Positions 60,881-64,000 of a DNA stretch of 64,000 nt are shown in pieces. Within the stretch, counting starts at the first letter, position 1. The number at the start of each line of letters is the position of its first letter. This DNA comes from Vicugna vicugna (taxonomy: Eukaryota). The position numbers and the translations under genes were made by a program. The notes below the pieces were generated by a model. It did no database searches, was not told the DNA's origin, and saw nothing but the letters and a program-made list of their open reading frames with translations. Location: NCBI GenBank assembly GCA_013265495.1, contig MU058636.1, positions 3,025,967-3,089,966 on the forward strand, written 5' to 3'.

Positions 60881-62739
60881 GAGTCAACCTCTCCGGGGAA
60901 AACCAGGAAGTGACAGATGGGCTGGGAAGACAGAATCTCTTAACTCCTCCATCAAGATGGGATGAGAGTGAATGGGCTACAGAAGCCCCAAGAGGAGGAA
61001 AATACTGGAAACGCTTAGCTGAAAAGAGCATGTTAGGGATCAGAAACTGAAAATTTGAGAGGAAGCCGGGAACTTGGGGAGGAGAGAAGCCACCTGGAAG
61101 GTCGCAAGTCTGGAGCAAGAGTGTTATTGGGTGTGAGGAAGTTGCTCTAAAGACGGTACCCCTTTCTCACAAAAATAATCAATCAAGGATAGCTTCCTGC
61201 TGTCAATTTGGATCAGTCACATGACCAGGGCCCGTCTCCTCCCCCAAACCTCTCTTCCCTTTTTAGGTTCCCCTGTGTAGGTTTCACACTGTGCAGAAAT
61301 TGGCAAGTAGACTTTAACATCCATCTATCTCTATGGACCTTGTTATAAACAAAAGGACCTTTAACTGAAGAGCATTTTTCCACATTCATCTGTTAAAATC
61401 TGCCAATCGCTAACCTATCCAGTTAAAAATAAAAAGCAAGATATACAAGCTGTTTTCTTTGATCACAGTGAAATAGAGAGCTTAAAGGTGTCTTTCAAGT
61501 GACTCAGGTCAAAATCAATAATCCAGTCCTGGGCAGAACAATCATGATGACATCTTATTACAGCAGGTGCGTGGTGGTGAGCTGGAGGTCTGCAAAGTCA
61601 CAGGATAAACATGATACATCATAACAGGAAGGGATGGCTATAGGATGGGAGTGCAGAATTTACACGAAAGTTCAAGATAAAACTCAGAATTGCAAAGAAA
61701 TGTATGCTTTCCCTTGGCCATGTTGGCCACACCCCAGAATCCTACGTTCCAATAGAAGTTCTTGAGTGGTAAGTTTGAAAAGCTCCGGGAATGTAAGGAG
61801 GTCACACCTCGCCCAGCCTCCCGTGTCCTCATTTTCTTCACTTCCTTCTTGGCGGGAAAGTCAGACGTCACATGTCATCATAGACATTGAGAAAACATGC
61901 AGTATCTAAATATATACATGAGCAGCAACCCAACATATGTAGGGAAGATATCACACTCTCCTTTCACATGGAACACCTATAACAAGAACCACAGCAAACA
62001 AAGAATGAATGACACATCAGTATCCTGATGTGGTCCCCCAGCTGGGGGTGTGGCTGTGGACAGTAAGGTAGGTTTTTGGAAGGGGACGGAGTAGCTCTAT
62101 GCTGGTGAGATAAAACAGTACTATGGTTTGCTAAACATCTTCCCAGGTGTCTTTGGCATTTTTTCCTTCTTCTTGGATTCATGGCTTGCCGAGTGTCTTG
62201 GTCTGCTCACTTCCCTGTAGATGACTTCTCCAAGGCTCCCGAGGGCTCTGATCACACTGCGCCATCCATCACACCCTCTGCGCAGATACCCGTGGGGGTG
62301 CCCTGTTGCGTCTTAGATCTTATTTAAGATCCCGCAGTTTAGGGCAACTCACCCTCTATGCCTTAGGCGGCTGCTTTTTTTTTTTTTTTAACCTTAATCA
62401 GACCAGGCTGTGTGCCAGCTCTCAGCTGCCTTCTCAGATTTCTGGGCACTGTGCTTTCTTCCTGGGATGGCCTCTTGCTGCCACCACCCCCAGCCAGCAC
62501 TGTCTGTCAGCATCCAGGGCTCATCTTCAAAGCTCAGTTCATCTCCCCTAGGAAGCCTTTAGGAAACCTCTGTCTCCCGTGGTTCCGTCACGCTTTGTAG
62601 CGCTGAGACAGCTGTGGTCCTTTGTGTAGGCTTCTTCGCTCCTCTCCTGGAAGGCAGCAACTTGAGGGTCAGGACCGTATCTTGCCCATCTTTGCATTTT
62701 CCACACTGCTCGGGCACACGTGGCTCCCATGTATTAGAT

Positions 62740-62915
62740 CACAGTGTGTTGGCCTCGGGCAAGTTACTGCATCTCTCTGAGCCTTGTGCCCTTGTCTATA
62801 AAATGGGGTAACAACAATGTGTCCTTTGTAGAGATTAGTGTCAAAAGGAAGTGCGTTCAGGCAAGTAAAGTGCTTAGTGCACAGCTTGGCACGTGGTGCA
62901 GCTTCGTTGCTATGA
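62740..62915 (+). mobile_element. MIR SINE
   Basis: cctcgggcaagttactgcatctctctgagcctt...gtctataaaatggggtaacaa...gtaaagtgcttagtgcacagcttggcacgtgg. Confidence 0.8.
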
Positions 62916-63033
62916 CGATCAATATTATATCAATTGTACCTTATTCATTTCATCCTAAAATGGTCTCTGTTTAGTGTTTGGTGTCTCTCCCAACTTCCTC
63001 ATTTAGTGAAGAAAACACTGCTTGCTAGATTTT

Positions 63034-63201
63034 AGTGTTCTTAACCCTACCTGTGTAGCAAAGTCATCCAGGGAGCCTTTAAAAAATGCTGATGCCTAGA
63101 TTCTACCTTCCAAAAACAATGCCTCAGTGGGTGGGGCCCAGCCATCCGTAATTTGTATTCCGCAAGTGCTTCTCGTGGAAAGCCAGGATGGAGAGCCCCT
63201 G
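63034..63201. mobile_element. MER5-like hAT-Charlie relic
   Basis: agtgttcttaaccct...gtcatccagggagcctttaaaaaatgctgatgcctag...gggtggggcccag...agccaggatggagagcccctg. Confidence 0.7.
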
Positions 63202-64000
63202 AAAACAATCAGAGCATTGACCATTGCTATCACATGTCCTTTCAGCCCCCTTTCTAAAGCGAAGAGCTGTAATCTTGGTGGACCCGATCTCCGGACTATC
63301 TCACTAATACCCAAGGACGTACATTTCTCCTCATTCTAGAAATCTACCCCCATTTATTCTCCCTAAGCTCCTGTGATGACTCAGCATTTTACGACTTCTT
63401 CATGTCCCTTTCCATCCCCTTAATAGTCATGTGCTGGCTCAACTTACTGCATAAAATGCTAAGTGATGAGAACATAAGGGAGGAGGATGAACACAGAAAA
63501 TCCTTCCAACGCTCCATTTCTCATTTCTCCTCTCTGATGAGAGGTGGGATCAGTCCCACCAGCCACGAGTGGGCAGAGCCTAGGAGCGGGCACAGGAGGG
63601 CATGGTCTGCCTGCCTGTGCCAGCATGGACAGAGGATGCACGGTCTAGGGGGCTGTTACAGCCACCAGCAGAGGGTAATTGAGGATGGAGAGATGCAGAT
63701 CCCTGCTTCTTGCCCTCTGGCCTATTAAAAACCTTTGTTCATAATTATATGTATAAACCTGCTAGTTCTTACCAGGCATTGAATTTCAATGGGAATTCGG
63801 CCAAAATAAGGACTGGAGAATCAGCCCTACGGTGGCCAACCTGGGAATGCTTAGTCAGTCCTGTCCCGCTGACTCAATTCTCTCTTTGAAGTGCAGGACT
63901 TATGTAACTTTAGGATAAGACTAAACCCAGTGGTTCTATTGCCAAGGTTGGAGGGAAAAAAAGGCTGATTAAATTCGAGACATGGCAGATACTGCCAAAA

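Noticed and set aside
63665..63678. CTCF-like CCAGCAGAGGGTAA (also CCACCAGAAGGCAA on the minus strand near 43320)
   Set aside because: Mismatches fall at high-information positions; not supportable without ChIP data.

Overview
Mammalian genomic DNA, most likely camelid (three copies of a short Vic-1-like tRNA-derived SINE and cetartiodactyl-type L1 3' ends; I recognised no Alu, B1, Bov-tA/BovB, PRE-1 or Can-SINE). The only protein-coding gene I can support is UBL3 on the minus strand: a CpG-island promoter (~6520-7530), a ~1 kb GC-rich 5' leader with at least 7 uORFs, the first 9 codons (MSSNVPADM, 6368-6342), a GTAAGT donor, and intron 1 running off the left edge. The ~56 kb to the right is gene-free upstream DNA rich in old repeats (MIR, L2, L1M, MLT1, hAT-Charlie MERs) plus younger L1s, ERV1-like solo LTRs and SINEs. 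Nearly all ORF-track entries look like chance or repeat-derived ORFs. I see no evidence of a novel multi-gene system. The best leads are the uORF-dense UBL3 leader, a cluster of nested inverted repeats at 58.7-58.85 kb, orphan CpG patches where old repeats show one-directional A/T->G/C change, and a ~170 bp dispersed duplication at 46.4/47.2 kb. Repeat family names come from remembered consensus sequences and need RepeatMasker/Dfam confirmation; boundaries of old repeats are approximate.
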